Below are positions 1-14,050 of a DNA stretch of 64,000 bases, piece after piece. The position numbers were made by a program, and so were the translations under genes. This stretch comes from Takakia lepidozioides (lineage: Eukaryota; Plantae; Bryophyta). The DNA lies in contig CM060731.1 of assembly GCA_030704615.1 (NCBI GenBank), positions 11,098,001 to 11,162,000 on the forward strand, written 5' to 3'. The notes under the pieces were generated by a model that saw nothing but the letters and a program-made list of their open reading frames with translations, ran no database searches and was not told where the DNA came from. Within the stretch, counting starts at the first letter, position 1. Every line of letters begins with the position of its first letter.

Positions 1-2818
1 AACATGTGAGCTGCCTCAACACACAACTGGTAGTCTAACAGCTCATTATAAGACTCCCCCCTTGTCTTCACCACCACCGACATTGCAATGATCCAACTTT
101 GGAGGAGCTCAGGACGAAAAAGCTCTAAGGCTTGGGCATAAGTTAGCAGTTAGCCTAACTGCTATTGGGATAATAATTAGTATAGTAGCCTTCTGATGCT
201 CCAGTTGCTTTTCTTTCATGTCAAGTTGTGGGTTCTCCCACACTGCTGGCTCCCTCCCCCAGGCATGGCCGGATCAAGCAAAGCAAGGTTAGACTCCCAG
301 GGTTGTTGTTCAGTAGCAGGCAGGTGACATGTGATGAGTGATGGGTCAGAGCGAGTGTGTGAATGTTGGCAAATAATGGTGGTGGGCCTCCTGCTCAGCA
401 AACCTCCCCGCCCTCTTCTGTGTCGCCAAACCACAAAATATTCACATTTGAAGCCAAAAAGCAAACATTATTCCATAGACTTAGTGTGAATGAAAGCAGC
501 ATAATGCCAAGCCGGGGCCACACCTAACTTATGAGTGCTGCTCTCCTCCTTCGTTAAGGTTCCGTCTAACGGTCTCTTTGAATTTTCGTCACAGAATCAC
601 AACACAAAAAGCCTCCCTTCCCCATGCTCCTATGCACCTCTGGGGTTTTTTTTTCCCTTTTTGTGGGGATTTCCTCATGTACAGTTTGATGAAAGTAAGG
701 ATTTTTTTTTTTTCCCAAAGTTTGTGAATGTGATTTAAAAGGGCTAAATTCCCTCTTTTTATTTATTTTTGGCATGAGGGGATGATTTGTGGGTCCAGGG
801 ACAAACAGTCCCTGTGGGGTGTGTCCCTAACACTGTGTGGGGTGATTGGTGGAGTGATTGACCAGGGCTGCCCGAAACACGAAAAATAATGGCTAAACCT
901 GGCGATGATGAGCAGCCAGTTGTGCATACGGTAGGCCCCGTGGCTATACTCCGCCCAATGTGCGAGGTGGTTTCGCCATGTTTCGCCACGAGTCGATTAG
1001 GTCAAGGGCTGTACTCATGTGAGGGCAGGTTGATTGCGTGGTGGGCCCAGTTCGAAACACGTGTGAATGGGATCACCGCCGCAATAATGCTGGCCTCCTC
1101 CCACACGTGTTATTATAAAGGTGCCACGCTCCGCACCTTACTCCCGTTGGATCCAAAACTAGGTCTCGATCTTTGCCGTTTGTTGCCGTAGGTTGTGTAG
1201 AAGAGGTTTCTTACCTACGACAGCAGTGTGGATGAATGTTCTGATTCGCTGTTGGATGGAGCTGCATGCAGGGCGTGACGGATCGTTGGGTTATCGTTGG
1301 TAGTTATTCGTTGAGGGATTGGTGAGAAAGGGGTAGAGGGCTGAGCGATTTTTTAAATTGATGCCTAGTCTCCTCTTATACTAAAGAGGAGCCAACAAAG
1401 AGAAAGATATAGACAAAATATTAAATTAAATCGATCTTGCCCCAGCCCGCTGCCCGACGAAAAATACATAGCTTGTGCCTGAGAAATTTGGAATAACTTG
1501 TCCGATCTCGCACAAAATACGAGTACTGTACGGCTGGGGATATCCCAGTGCTTCTCTTGTCCTCTACCCATTTTTGGAAGAAAAGAAGACAATTATACTA
1601 CGCCACATGTAATATCCGGTATACCAAAAGAGCTTATACTGGAAAATATTCCACCCGAGTCCAAGATTCCAAAAACCACAAGCCAATATTCCAAAAGCAG
1701 ATGCTGAGATTCCAAAATCATGAACTTTTCATACATAGCACAAGCAAAAGATTCTCTTAACCAAGGCCAAAATACTTTACATCGTGGGGAACTTACGGGG
1801 CATCTAACACCGAGCCCAAATACATAGATATTACGTTCTCCAAAAGTATGTATAAAGTATACTGTATACATGTATCTCCAACCCATGTTCCTGCTCGTAT
1901 GATATGTTTTGGTCCGTGAACTTACACCCAAGGTGGCTTAGGGTTGCAGGACATTTGGGCACTCCATTTGAAGTTGAAGGAGCTTCCGGGTCAGTCAATT
2001 TGTCAATCTCTCCCTACTAAGACTGACAAGCACTGCTAAGAACTTGGCTGACTCTACCACAATCACAATGCAAAAAGTACTAGCAATCTTTTGACAAATG
2101 CAATGTGCATCCAACACCAGGCCCCTGGCTAATACCAGCCTTAAACTCCCTTAGTCTAACTGTAACGAAAGTCTCCACTCGCACAAAATAGATCAAAACA
2201 ACAAGAGACTGTACTATGTGAGACCAGGGCAGATGTGCCCTGCAACATTAAGGAAAAGAGGTAAGAGAAAAGTTGACTTCTACCAAATCAAGTGTAAATT
2301 ATGGTGTCACTTTACCCCTGAAGGGCTACACCTCTTCTCACAACCAGGTGCACACATATGCTTGGCACCACAACTAGCTGAAGACTGGAGACTCCCTGAT
2401 CCCATGCCTGGAAAAACAGAGCTGGAAAAAAAGTGACACTAGCTGAAGCTAGGGGTCTTTTGCGATGCCTTCCCACCTGGTCCCCAATTCACCATTGTTC
2501 TCATCACGCATGCTTGGAAATCACAGGCATGAGTTGAGACAAAATCAATTCCAAATCAAATAGGAAGGGGCCAGACATAGTGCTGGTCATGTTAAAGTCA
2601 ATATGGGTGAGAGCAGTAAGTGCATATATTGTGTTCGACAAACATTTCAGCCCAAAATGCTGCCAAAACACTCACAAACTTCTTTCAGTTTGAATTTTCT
2701 CCTGTTGGGTATTCTGGAGAATGAGAACTGATTTCTAGCTGGGTTGAAAGCGAGTCTCATTTGAGCTCACAATATGCCCATTACATGAGGCTATGGTTCC
2801 CACCAATGTCATACAATC

Positions 2819-5493
2819 TCACTTTCCTTGAGTCTCCTTGAGAGCACGTTGCCTCAAAAGTGTAGAACTTACCTTCTCAGAACACCCATCTTCTACAACC
2901 AGGTCTACCACCTCCACCTGAAGTCCAAAACAACAAGGCCACAGTCACCATTAGCAAACACAGGAAACAAATATTCCCTTGCTTAAACCGGAAAGCCACT
3001 ATACTGTAGCTCAAGTGCATGATTGGTGCGTCACAAAACGAGGCACAAGCCTGCTTGAAACCGCATGAAATACAAAACATATGTACAGAAGGAGCTCTCC
3101 GAACCTTTAACTCGGACATACATCTTTCTGCCCTTTTCTTATTGACTGCTGCTCCTCCTGATACTGTCTCCTTGCTTTTGACACAAACACAACAAGGATT
3201 AGCTCACTGACTAAACTTCATCCATAATGAAGAGTGGGAGTTAAAACCATACCTCTCCTCAATCTCCATAAGTGCATAACCAACCTTATGCTCCATTCGC
3301 ACTTGCAGATAATTATTTCCCTTACAGGTACTCTATCTGTGACAGATTGCCACATGGCAAGCTACACAGGGTTAAATTAATTTTTTCACCTATTTGGCAT
3401 TCACATTTGGAGGTATCAGCAACAGATAGAATTACCCCTGCTCAGAGCAGGGATTGAGATAGCTGTAAATTTTGCACTAGGGTACTACCTGCCACATCTA
3501 TCTCTAAAATTCAGCTATCCCAAATGGCACTTGCCTGTGCCGAACAGCCATGACCAAGTGTGAACAACGGATATGTTACACCTGGAGATAGTGATGCCAC
3601 ATAGGATATCTTTAGTTATGTACCTGCAAGTGTGAATGAAGCTTTAAGCCTGCAGCAAGGGTGCTCTTTGCAAGTATGCAGCAAATGGTTGTGGTTTCCA
3701 CAATCTACCTGCCTTGTGCCCACACTTGTAAGGTGGGTCCAATTGGACATACACAAAAACATCGGAAGTTGGAATGGAAAGAGACAGGCAAACCTTACGA
3801 CAATGGCTTCCAGTCCCTCATCCACAATAGATGGACCATAAGCATCCGTTATGGGCTCTGTCTGCACCTTCAGACCTGGCTTTATTGACTGCCCTGCATA
3901 TTCCCCACCCCATATATCCATTAGCCCTTTCTCCTTAGAGCTTCAGTCTGGCTATTTTCAGCACTTGCTTGCCATGGGATAGTGGCTTCATACATACTAT
4001 ATCCACAGTGCACTCAGCAACTACTGCAACTCAACCCTGAAATTTGGAGTTGAATTTTCTAGCTGATTCCAAACCAAGGCACTGTCCTTGCCAATAACTC
4101 CTCTTCCATATAGTCCAGTAATGTACCCAGATCCATGTACGGAAGCACAGTTGCTGAAGGAGCCCTCCTTAGAACTTCATTCACTAGGCGACTTGCTTTA
4201 CATGCAACAAGTTTCAACTATGCTTTGTTCAGTTCCAAAACCTACAGTTAGAAGGTAGAGAAATTTCAGCAAAAGGTCTCGCAAAGGCACCTTCAGAAAG
4301 ATCTCAACTGCTTGGCTCCTCACTTCCACAGGTTCAATTAAATCGGCCAGCTGCCAAATTACAATTCTCACACAGTTAGTAGTGCAGCCTCTGAACCTAA
4401 TATGTCTCTTTATACAACAGTCTGCAGCAGAAACATTGGCTGCCTACTGAAGACTGAACAATCATACAATCTTACTCATTTAGGCATGTTGTGGTGCCTA
4501 AGCTAGTGGTCAACATTGACATCACTGTTACGCTGCCCACAACCTGCGCACTATCGTCCTCAAATGCTGGCAGGTGTAAGAGCGATGCAGATACTTCTCA
4601 CAAGGCAAAGACTGTAAAAACAGAGTAATCTGAACACTGAGCCGCCACCAAATACAAACAGCCAACCTCCTTGTTATCAAGCATGGGCCCAATACTGATG
4701 CCCACCACCACCCGCTCCCTTGCTAATTCTGCAGCAGCCTGCGTTAACGGCACGAATCCACTGTCAGACTTGCTTCGCTAGACCAGCCATGCATACGAAC
4801 AACTAAACCTCCATATGGCAGGACAACAACAGGATAAACTGCATGCCGTATGCAAATGTGGATGCCTTAGGGCACGGAAATCTCCATGCAGTTTGAGATT
4901 CCCACATTGTACAAATCCTTGTCGGTTTCTCAAGGACTTAAGTAACCCCCATTCTTCTGCTCTCTAATATGTTGTGCAGTACTTTGACACGCATGACAAT
5001 GAGAGTGCTATGCATATTTGGCAGTCGCAAAGTCACGTAGCAGAGGTATAATTCACGCTGTCAGCATTCATCACCAGCTGCAATATTATGGAGAAGTTAG
5101 ATCAAATCGTGCCCAAAGTCTTTTTGACAGGGATAGATCTGAACATCGCTAATTTCACACGGAGGATAAGAATATCGATAAGATCCATGGCATGTTGCCT
5201 CTATTAGGATGGCGATTCCGCTTTAACGGAAGCTACGGTCAGTGCTACTCGATCAAAACAACTTCACAGTGGAGGATAAACATCCAGGAGGGGAAATCAA
5301 GAATCAACCCACCTCTAACAACTGACTTGCATACTCTCTCCACACCCCTCTCCCGATGTATCTCGCTCTTTACAAAGGATATGAAGAAACCCACCCGCAA
5401 GAGTAGCCGATGGCCATCATGCAGGCGATCAAAAGTGCCCCCAAGGACCACCGCAGCATACTTGTCGTGCTTAGTTGCATCCATAGCAGCCAT
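2819..5493 (-). CDS. COAD: Phosphopantetheine adenylyltransferase (PPAT), 6 exons: 5493-5395, 4738-4667, 4350-4291, 3888-3794, 3174-3105, 2917-2819
   Basis: Spliced translation [156 protein letters not shown]...*. GGTFD..HxGH and K.SST motifs; all introns GT-AG and in phase. Start codon choice uncertain. Confidence 0.93.
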
Positions 5494-6574
5494 GGCGGAG
5501 CGCACACTCTCTAGTGTGCGAAGATCCCGGTGGGCTGCCCTTTGAATCAACATCCATCCTGCTTCATCCAGCAACAGGGACATCTAGCGGGGAGACAGGG
5601 CAGGGAGGGTGGACCTTGTCGCGACCTGCATTTATGAAGCGCTTGACTGGTTCAGATCAGATTCCACGTGAACAACTTCCATTGGGGTTGTGTACTTTAT
5701 TCTTTCTTTAAATATCTGCGCCTGCCAAGTCTTGCTGGTGGTCTGTGAGAAGTGAGAAGAAGAGCATTTATTCCTCGTGCACAGAGAAGAAGAAGAGATT
5801 GTGCGAGCTGGGTGGAATAGTGTCCGAGTCCCGACTTGCTAGTAGCACTGGTGCACTGTTGAGATGACAACAAATTTGTGTGTTGGGTGGTAGCTTGGCG
5901 CACCAGTTTGCCTTAGAGAATGGAGTGTATGTACTGGTGTCAGCCTTGATGTGAGTTTACTGTACTTGACTGCATTGGTGCATTTCTGTGATAGCAAAAC
6001 TTTTGTTTGGTTACTAGCTGCTCATTGAGTGTGTGTGAGTGAGGTGCTTGTCATATAAGAGAGTAACGGACTTGTGCGTATTGGGTGAATCGGTGAGCAA
6101 AACTTCTGCATGGTACTCGCTGTAGGAGAGACAGTGAGAGAAATATAGAGAGTTTATTAGAATCGATGGTGTGTAGGAAGTTATGAGCGCAACTTCTGTT
6201 GACGATTCTTCTTCCGGAAAGTCCAATTGCGAGAGTCTGTTCAAAAGAACCGTTTGTATCGTTGTATTTTCAGTGACCATATTTGTGTTACTCCTTCACC
6301 TGGGATTTTCGGTAGAAACAATCAGAGAGATTCTGTGGGAAATCGAGATAGTTTCTGCTTGTTTAGTCGAATTTCCTGTATTAGGTGGTCGAGGCTGTTG
6401 TTCAACGATTAGGGAGGACTGTAAATCGAAGAAAGAGAGGGACAGATTGCGTGTCTGCTTATTTACAGCATTTGCATAATTCGTGATATATATGACTGAG
6501 AGAAGAGGTTGCTGTTTAGAAACAGGGAATACGATTGACTCTTTGTCCGACGATAGTGGCACAACTTTAGAGAT

Positions 6575-9500
6575 ATGGCCAAAACGATGCAGGCTGTGCA
6601 GTATTTAAGCTATGGTGGTGGCGCGTCAGCTCTTAAGGCAGGTTTCTTTGCGTTTCTCCCAGTATTTCATGGCTTCTTTTCTCTTGTTTATTTCAGCTGA
6701 ATACAGAGATGTTTCCATTTCTTTCTTTCTCTCTCCCTTCATTTTCATCAACAGTGTTACTTGCAATTCAAACATAGCCACGTTTGTCTCATCTATCTCA
6801 GTTGTGGTGGATTCAACCAAATGCTTTGAACTTTGGTGTCAGTTCGACACCAGTGCATTAATCACCACACAATTCCTTCTGACAAAATTGTCAGTGGGGG
6901 CTTGAAACTGAAGAACGTTTCTTCTATTGCCCTCTATACTACGAGATCCGTGGAAGATTCCACTGTCTACACTGCGGAACCCAAGCTCTCACTGAAGTCT
7001 TCCACTATGAGGATCAGAAATGCAACTCACCCTTAGACAATCACTCTAGCAATAGTTTGTTATTTCAGGCTCTGGTTTTGTTTCCTCTCTCATGTTTTCT
7101 TCCATATTGTCCCATAAGCTCTATGAGCTTTCCGTGGACGTTATAAAGTACCATTTCATCTCATTTCATTCTCTCTCATTGGCCCTTAGGGCTTCCATAG
7201 ACTTTATAGACTTTTTTTCCTTCTCTTTCGTTCTGTAACACTTTGAGCTGATGTTCTTAAGTGTCATTCATTTCTTTTCTTTTCTCTCTCTCTCTCTCTC
7301 TCTCTTTTGTTACTTGATATTTGTGGTTGTACTAGGGTTTGTTCTACTTGTGGCCTCTCAGCCTGCTGTGGATATAATCTTTCTTGCCAATTTCAGTGTC
7401 TTTCACGGGTTTGACAGTGTGGTAATGTTTTGGTACACAATGGGTGCAGCATGTGGAAGTGGCAGTGCCCAAACCAAAGAGGAACCAAGTGTTGGTCAAA
7501 GTGGAGGCTGCCAGTATGAACCCAGTGGACTGGAGAATTCAGGATGGTTGGATGAGACACATCCTCCCACCAAAGTTCCCTCACATTCCAGGTAAAGTCG
7601 AAGACTTGTTTCCGAGTTTCTATCCCTTGTAACCTCACAGCCTAAAAATAATACTTCTCATGGAAATTGTTCCCAATATCCACCAGTTGGAATTGGCAGG
7701 GTTCAGTCAAAATATCCTCATGCATTGGAGATTTTGCACATAAGATTGCTTGAGAGTTGGTTGACTCATACGTTACTTTCTTTCAGCCTAAAACCTGCTT
7801 CAAATTTGGCAACAGGAGGATTGCCAACAGTAGTTTTGGATGATTTGTTTCTGTCTCTTTCTTAGGATGTCTGGAGGTCATTTTGTTTTCAGAAGCAGAT
7901 CCCACTTATAAATTATTTGTTTCAAGAAGCTTCCAAAAAATAGCGTGGTTGTTAGCACACCATGGCCGCTGCGTTGGCAGTTCTGGGTTCATATCCCCAT
8001 ATGTCTGTCTGTGTTGGGCATTCCTGTGAGGACATTCCTGGTCCACCTCAGGCATTCTTAGTGGCTCAAGGAAGAGTGGAACAAGGAAGATGCCCTCAGG
8101 CATTGTAAGTGGTTGTTGCAAATGCCCAATAATGAAGACATTAGCCATAGAGGGTCAATGAAGCTTTATAGATATGAAAAAAACTGCAGCTGTAGTCATC
8201 TGAGATTGACCAGAGATCTTCTCATATTGTAGTAAAGTGACATCACCTGTGTGATCAATAATCTGTACAGGTCTTAGCGCTCACCAAGAAATTTATTGCA
8301 TCTATCACACAGACGGAAAGAGCGTGTGAGAGTGATCAAGACAAGTAGGAACAGAGAGAATCTCAGGAATTAGTGGATAAGTGAATGGATAGTTTTTGTC
8401 ACTGTGACATCACTTTGCTCTGATATCCTGGATGACATCTAAGAGGTGGTAAACACCAAATCAGGGTGTGAAGTTGAATGAATGGATTCTCTTGGGTGGC
8501 AGGCATAAATATTGCAGGCGTGGTGGTAAGCGTAGGTCCCGGCGTAACGACCTTCATGCCTGGTGACAAAATTATCAGCTTGATGGAAGTCAAGGTATGT
8601 CCCTTCTGTGTTCTTATGGATGCAGCATAATCTTTCAAGATAGGCTGAACTAATGCACACCACAAATACTCCACCAAGGGGCGCTAGTAACTCTTACGAT
8701 GGTGACGTGATCTGGTAGCCAGATAGAATGCTTCTCCACATACTGTTTGGAGGTGAGTAAAATGAGGGTGAACAGAGACGAGGGGCTCTGTCTGGTAGTG
8801 GACATGAAAACAACCTCAGCCTCTTTCCAGTATAAGACTATGCCAAACTCGTGGAGATGCACTCAGAATTGAGGGTGCCACCTTGATTGTCTCACAAACA
8901 TATGACGATTGTGAAATCACAATGCGGGATGCCATGCAGGATGGTGGAGGACTAGCAGAATATGCAACACCATATATCGACACAACTGCAAAAAGGCCAC
9001 CAGCAATTTCAGCAGTGGATGGTTCCTGCTTGGGTGTGGCTGGACTCGCTGCCCTGCAAAGTCTGCGTGATTCAGCCGGTCTTAAGCTCGATGGAAGTGA
9101 TTCAAAACCAATGAATATCCTCATAACAGGGGCATCTGGTGGTGTTGGGACTTTTGCAGTGCAGGTTATCTCCCTCTCTCTATTCGTAGGCTTTAGGTGG
9201 AGAGCTACATTAGCAATGCTTGTATCCATTTACTGCCATAAAATCAACCGGACTCTCATACTTTTGTTAGAGCTTATCTTGCAGAATTTCCTATCCCCGT
9301 TGTTGAAAATCCTATGACGGGAGGGTTGTCTCTTGGGTTCAACCTTTGGTTCCTGTCTCATAACTCTTCAGGCCTCCCATAAAAGGGAAGACTTGTCTGT
9401 TTTTCTTTCCCTTTCTTCTTTCTACTATGAGATCCATGGGAGATTCTCTTGTCTATTCTGATTCAGCCAATCTCTCACAATGTTCTTTTCCGAGGGTCAG

Positions 9501-10591
9501 AAGAGCTTAGCTGTATATCTGTATTAGACGTTGACACTTGGACAATCCCTTGAGCCTCTTTGACCTTTCCACTGACGTATAAAGTTAAATTTCATTTCTT
9601 GTGTCTCTTTCTCTCTCTCTCTCATTTGGGCATTCCTCATTATAGTAGATCTTTCATTTTTTCCTGGCCATTTGACATGAGTCCGACTGACAGTGCAACC
9701 ACAGCCACATGTATAAGGTAAAACGTTACAGTAGACTGCTGACTAAACCCCATGGTTTCTAGTCCGAGCGAAGTCTCAATCTATCACTTCAATCTACAAT
9801 ATATGTCAAGAGGCTCACTTTCATATTCTAACCTTTCCTTTGATAGACAATGACATCCCCTTTCGAACTTGTCTCCATGAGATCATGGGTTTGCAACCCA
9901 CCAGGGTATACTACGAGATCCAGCGCAATATTTATCCTAGCACTCATGCACAGGCGACCACCTGCCAAGAAAGAGACATTCACAAAGTGTGCCATCTGTG
10001 CATCCCCAGGAAAACTTCTGGTGAAGCCATGGTTCAGAGGAGGCATTCAGAGGTCTGGGGCACAAAATTGACCATTTTCTATGTGTCATGCAGATTGCGA
10101 AGCTGGGAGGTGCTCATGTGACTGCAACATGTGGGGCCCGTAACATCGAGTTGATCAAGAGCCTTGGGGCTGATGAAGTACTGGACTATGAAACCCCTGA
10201 AGGAGCTAAGCTTGTGAGTTCCTCAGGCAAGAAGTATGATGCAATCATTAACTGTGCGCACTGCTTGCCCTTTGCACACTTCAAGCCCCTGCTTGCCCCC
10301 ACTGGGAACGTGATTGACGTGTGTATGTCCCCGAACGCAGCTCACTCCCCCAAGGGTCTGTTAAAAACAGCTACCCAGCTCGTCAGATTTTCCAAGCAAT
10401 TGTACATTCCTTTCTACATGATGGGCAACACAACAGATATCTACTATCTTATCAACCTCATGAAACAGGGCAAGCTGAGGGTTGTAGTGGACTCCAAACA
10501 CCCCTTGGCAAAGGCAGAGGAGGCTTGGGCAGCCAGCATGAATGGACATGCCACTGGGAAAATTGTGGTCACTATGGAAGACAGCAGTTAG
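6575..10591 (+). CDS. CEQORH: Zinc-independent MDR-family quinone oxidoreductase (ceQORH-like), 5 exons: 6575-6637, 7450-7591, 8503-8594, 8940-9164, 10094-10591
   Basis: MAKTMQAVQYLSYGGGASALK/HVEVAVPKPKRNQVLVKVEAASMNPVDWRIQ.../GGGLAEY...NILITGASGGVGTFAVQ/IAKLGGAHVTATCGARNIELIKSLGADEVLDY...GHATGKIVV; collinear with the plant ceQORH sequence as I recall it; intron 1 is GC-AG. Confidence 0.92.
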
Positions 10592-12604
10592 AATTAAAGG
10601 TGAAGGGGAGTATAATATATCATGATTAGTTCAACTCGACTCAGCATGAATTCAAGATCCACTTTTTATGTTCCCCGGGAGGAAATGGTTGAGGACGGTA
10701 ATGCTTCGATAAACTGGAGCGTTTCAGCAGATTGTAGTGCGTTGAGTGAGGATGCTGCTGAGCAAGTGGGTTAGTGTATATTCAAGTTTTGTTCCATGGT
10801 CGATCATTGTAAAGTAAAACGCACAGACAAAAGCTCTGCCAGTCAGAATGTAGCGGGTCTTATGGCAAGTCTCCTTCCACAAATGAGAAATACAGAGAAC
10901 CCCCTAAGAAAGTGTTCTCATCAATACCATCAGACAACTCATAAGGAGGCCCTCATCTGAATCTTCGAGATCCTTTACAGGACACCCTTGTCTTGTTCGA
11001 CTGACTTTGTCGTGATGCAAAATAAGGTTTGTAGCATTTTGTGAAAGGCCTCTTGTGATTTTGTGAAATCATTGAAGCTATTAACATCGTTGTATGATAA
11101 ATCTCACCAAGTGCCGGATCGCATCTTTGAAGACGGGAGAAACAAGACTAGTACGTATTCCCTTTCGCCCTCATTCATGACTAGAGTGCTCCGTTTTCAG
11201 CATGTAACCTCAATCGAGAAACGCTGGAGTGAGCATTGTGTTCTCACTTCGGATTGATCCCTCCGCAACTAAAGATACGTCTCCCAAACTTAGGATTATG
11301 TAGATTTCTGAGCTTTCAACGACCTAAGAGTTGCTACGTAAGAGGTGATTCCAGCGGCCAAAATCAGTTTGGCCATTATCACTAAGCATGGAGGGGAGTG
11401 GCCCTTAATTTTTCTTCTCTATATTGTAACTGCATTCAGATCATTGTTAACCCTTAAAGGACAAGTGGCCTTTTTCCGGTTGTGACAAAACCAGACCCAG
11501 GTGGCGAAATTCCCACATATCTCCTGGACGCCCGGACATTATCAAGGGGGAGCGAGACCAGTGGGTGTTGGAATGCTGATGTGTGAGGCCATGTATAGAA
11601 GAGAGCATACAAGTAGGATATGTGAGGCGTTGGGCCGGTGGGCCTCATTCTAGAGCTTTCCAAAGTAGGATGAGGTGATGGCCCTCCCCTTGTAGAAGGC
11701 TATATAGAGGAGGGGAGCTATGCTCTACGTTGCTTCTTTGGCCTCAACCTTACTTTGGTGGGCTCCATAAGCAGCCCCCTTTAAGATTGTAAATTGGAAC
11801 TTGAACCATCTTTAAATCAATAGAAACCTCAAATATAGAGGATGCTAATCATCAAATGACTACCTCTCGATCTTTTCGTTTAAATCATCCCACTTGAAGT
11901 GTTTTGGGACATGGTATTAATAGATGGATAGTCTATTGTAGGGTCCTGAAAGAAGATCTCCTACTATACAAAGTTCACATGCAAGAGTGCATACAATATC
12001 CATGCCTTTTGTAAAGGCTATGTTTAAAAGGTTTTTTCTTTTTTTGGTGTACATTATACATGTTCATGGAATATATCAACTCACAAGGCAAATGGAGATT
12101 GCCGAGCAACCATCACTTAGTGCCCATTAGTCACTTATTGTTTGCTTTGATAAGTATATTGTCGAATGAGTAGCGGCATGGTATGACAAGGAAAATTATA
12201 TGACAGTGCCACAAGGGTCACCAACGACATGCTCACACTGCGCAAAAATTAAGGGATATATATGATGAAACTGGATATTTTTACATGGTGCCAAAGAGGT
12301 CGACTGTAGTTAGTGGCTTACAGAGTTGGGTGCTCTGATAAGTTACATGAGTGTGCTCCTGCTCTGTGGAAAATTTATAAGACAATGACACGGGTTTGCG
12401 TCCTGCCAAAGAGGTTTGAATATGTTAGTAGGTTTGAATATGTTAGTGGCTGGGAGTTGTTGTCCGTTCGGCGACGCAAAATACATCGCCATAGAGAACA
12501 TATGACCATGCCACCAACACACGATACGCCCCATTTAAGCAAAACTTACTGGAGATATATATGATAGCACTGGATACTCTTGTGTAATGCAAAAACGCTT
12601 AAGA

Positions 12605-14050
12605 TTTTTTTTTTTTTTGTTTTTTTGTTTTTTGCATAGAAAGGGGAACAAGGCCTTTTTAATCAAATTAAAATAAAAAGTGTCAAAACAGGTGGAAAAA
12701 ATAACCACCTAGGGAGGCCGTTAAGGCCCACCGAGGGGACACTTCCCCGTAACATAAGCATACTAGCTAAATCAAGAAACAGAAGCAGATGTAGCAGAGA
12801 GTAGATGTTCTAGAAGGGAGCAAATGCAGCATGGAGTTCTAAGGGAGATCTGAGCGAGCAGAACTAGCATGGAGGTGATATGAAAGGAGTTCTATCACGC
12901 AATGAGAAAAGGTTGAATCGAAGAAAGCAAGACATAGAGTAAGGATTGAAGCTTGACTAGAGATCCAGCAGATGAGAACTAAAAACGCAATTGGGTTCTA
13001 GACTTGGTAACTCTCGCCTTCTTTGCCTCCAATTAAAGTCTCCATCCTCGCCTTCACCAGGGGACATCCCAGGCAACAGAAGTGGTGACCTGCCAGCGGA
13101 ACCGCATGTTGGGAAAGCTGGTTCCGAGAACGCCAATTTTACCCCAGGACTCATGAAAAGCATCGATGAGCTTCCTCCCTGGTTGTTCAGAGCATTTGGA
13201 AAGAGCTGCAATCAATATGCCCCATGCTTTCCTTCCCTCAGTGAGCAGGTCCTGATAGATGCAGAAAAGAATGGACCTGCCCCTTGGGGGTCTTCCCTCA
13301 TAAACTAATTTGCATCTAGTCTTCCATAGGTTCCACATAGTTAGAGCCCTAAGACTAGCCCATACTGGGCAGATACAAAGAGTGTTGCCTGGCAGCAAAT
13401 TCAGGAGGAGCAAAGAGGAGGGGGTAGGGGTTGGGAATGACTCCTAGTTAGAGTAGAAATGCAGCACCGCTCGCCATACTCTGGCTGGAAGAAAGCATTC
13501 CACGAAACAGTGCTCGATGGATTTAGGCTGGGCTAGTAGACAATGATTGCAAATAGTGTTGTTAAGCTGAGTCTTAACATGGACTGGCAAAATTCTGTGA
13601 GCTCTCTTCCATAAGAAGCCTTGGATTTTGGCTGGTCTCTCTTTTTTCCAGATATCCTCCCACACTAAGTCCCAAACAGGTTGCGTGAGGCTGAGATGCC
13701 CCCATTTTTCATTCCACCTAGCCAAGAAAGATGTAGCAAGTTTCATGAGAGTGTAACCCAATTTGACTGAGAAGGCAAAGAAGGGGGATTTCTTTTCATC
13801 TTTCCAGCTCCATTCACCTGGGTCAAACTGCAAGGCATCCAAAGAGTAAGATAAAAACCAAATCAAAGAACAGTATGCCCATTGCATCTCCAGCCCTGTT
13901 GGCGGTGTTGGGTTGGCATTCCCTTTTTCATCTAGCACCCTGATGGGAAACAGAAATTGCCTATGCGTGTGTAGTCTAATAGTGCCGAGATGTGCAGAAA
14001 TGTCAAGAAACCTGACCCTAAAAATTAAACTACACATATTAGTTTCTAAA
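12605..14050 (-). mobile_element. L1-like LINE 3' fragment (degraded ORF2 C-terminus)
   Basis: WEDIWKKERPAKIQGFLWKRAHRILPV...CNHC...SIEHCFVEC..ARVW (zf-RVT-like) in ORF 13444..14319; T-rich tract at 12605-12632 fits a minus-strand poly(A) tail. Confidence 0.75.

Noticed and set aside
1-2800. Short ORFs at the window start
   Set aside because: No recognisable motifs or exon chain.
11050-11850. Ancient LINE RT fragment and solo LTR
   Set aside because: Only faint resemblance; no second boundary or TSD found.
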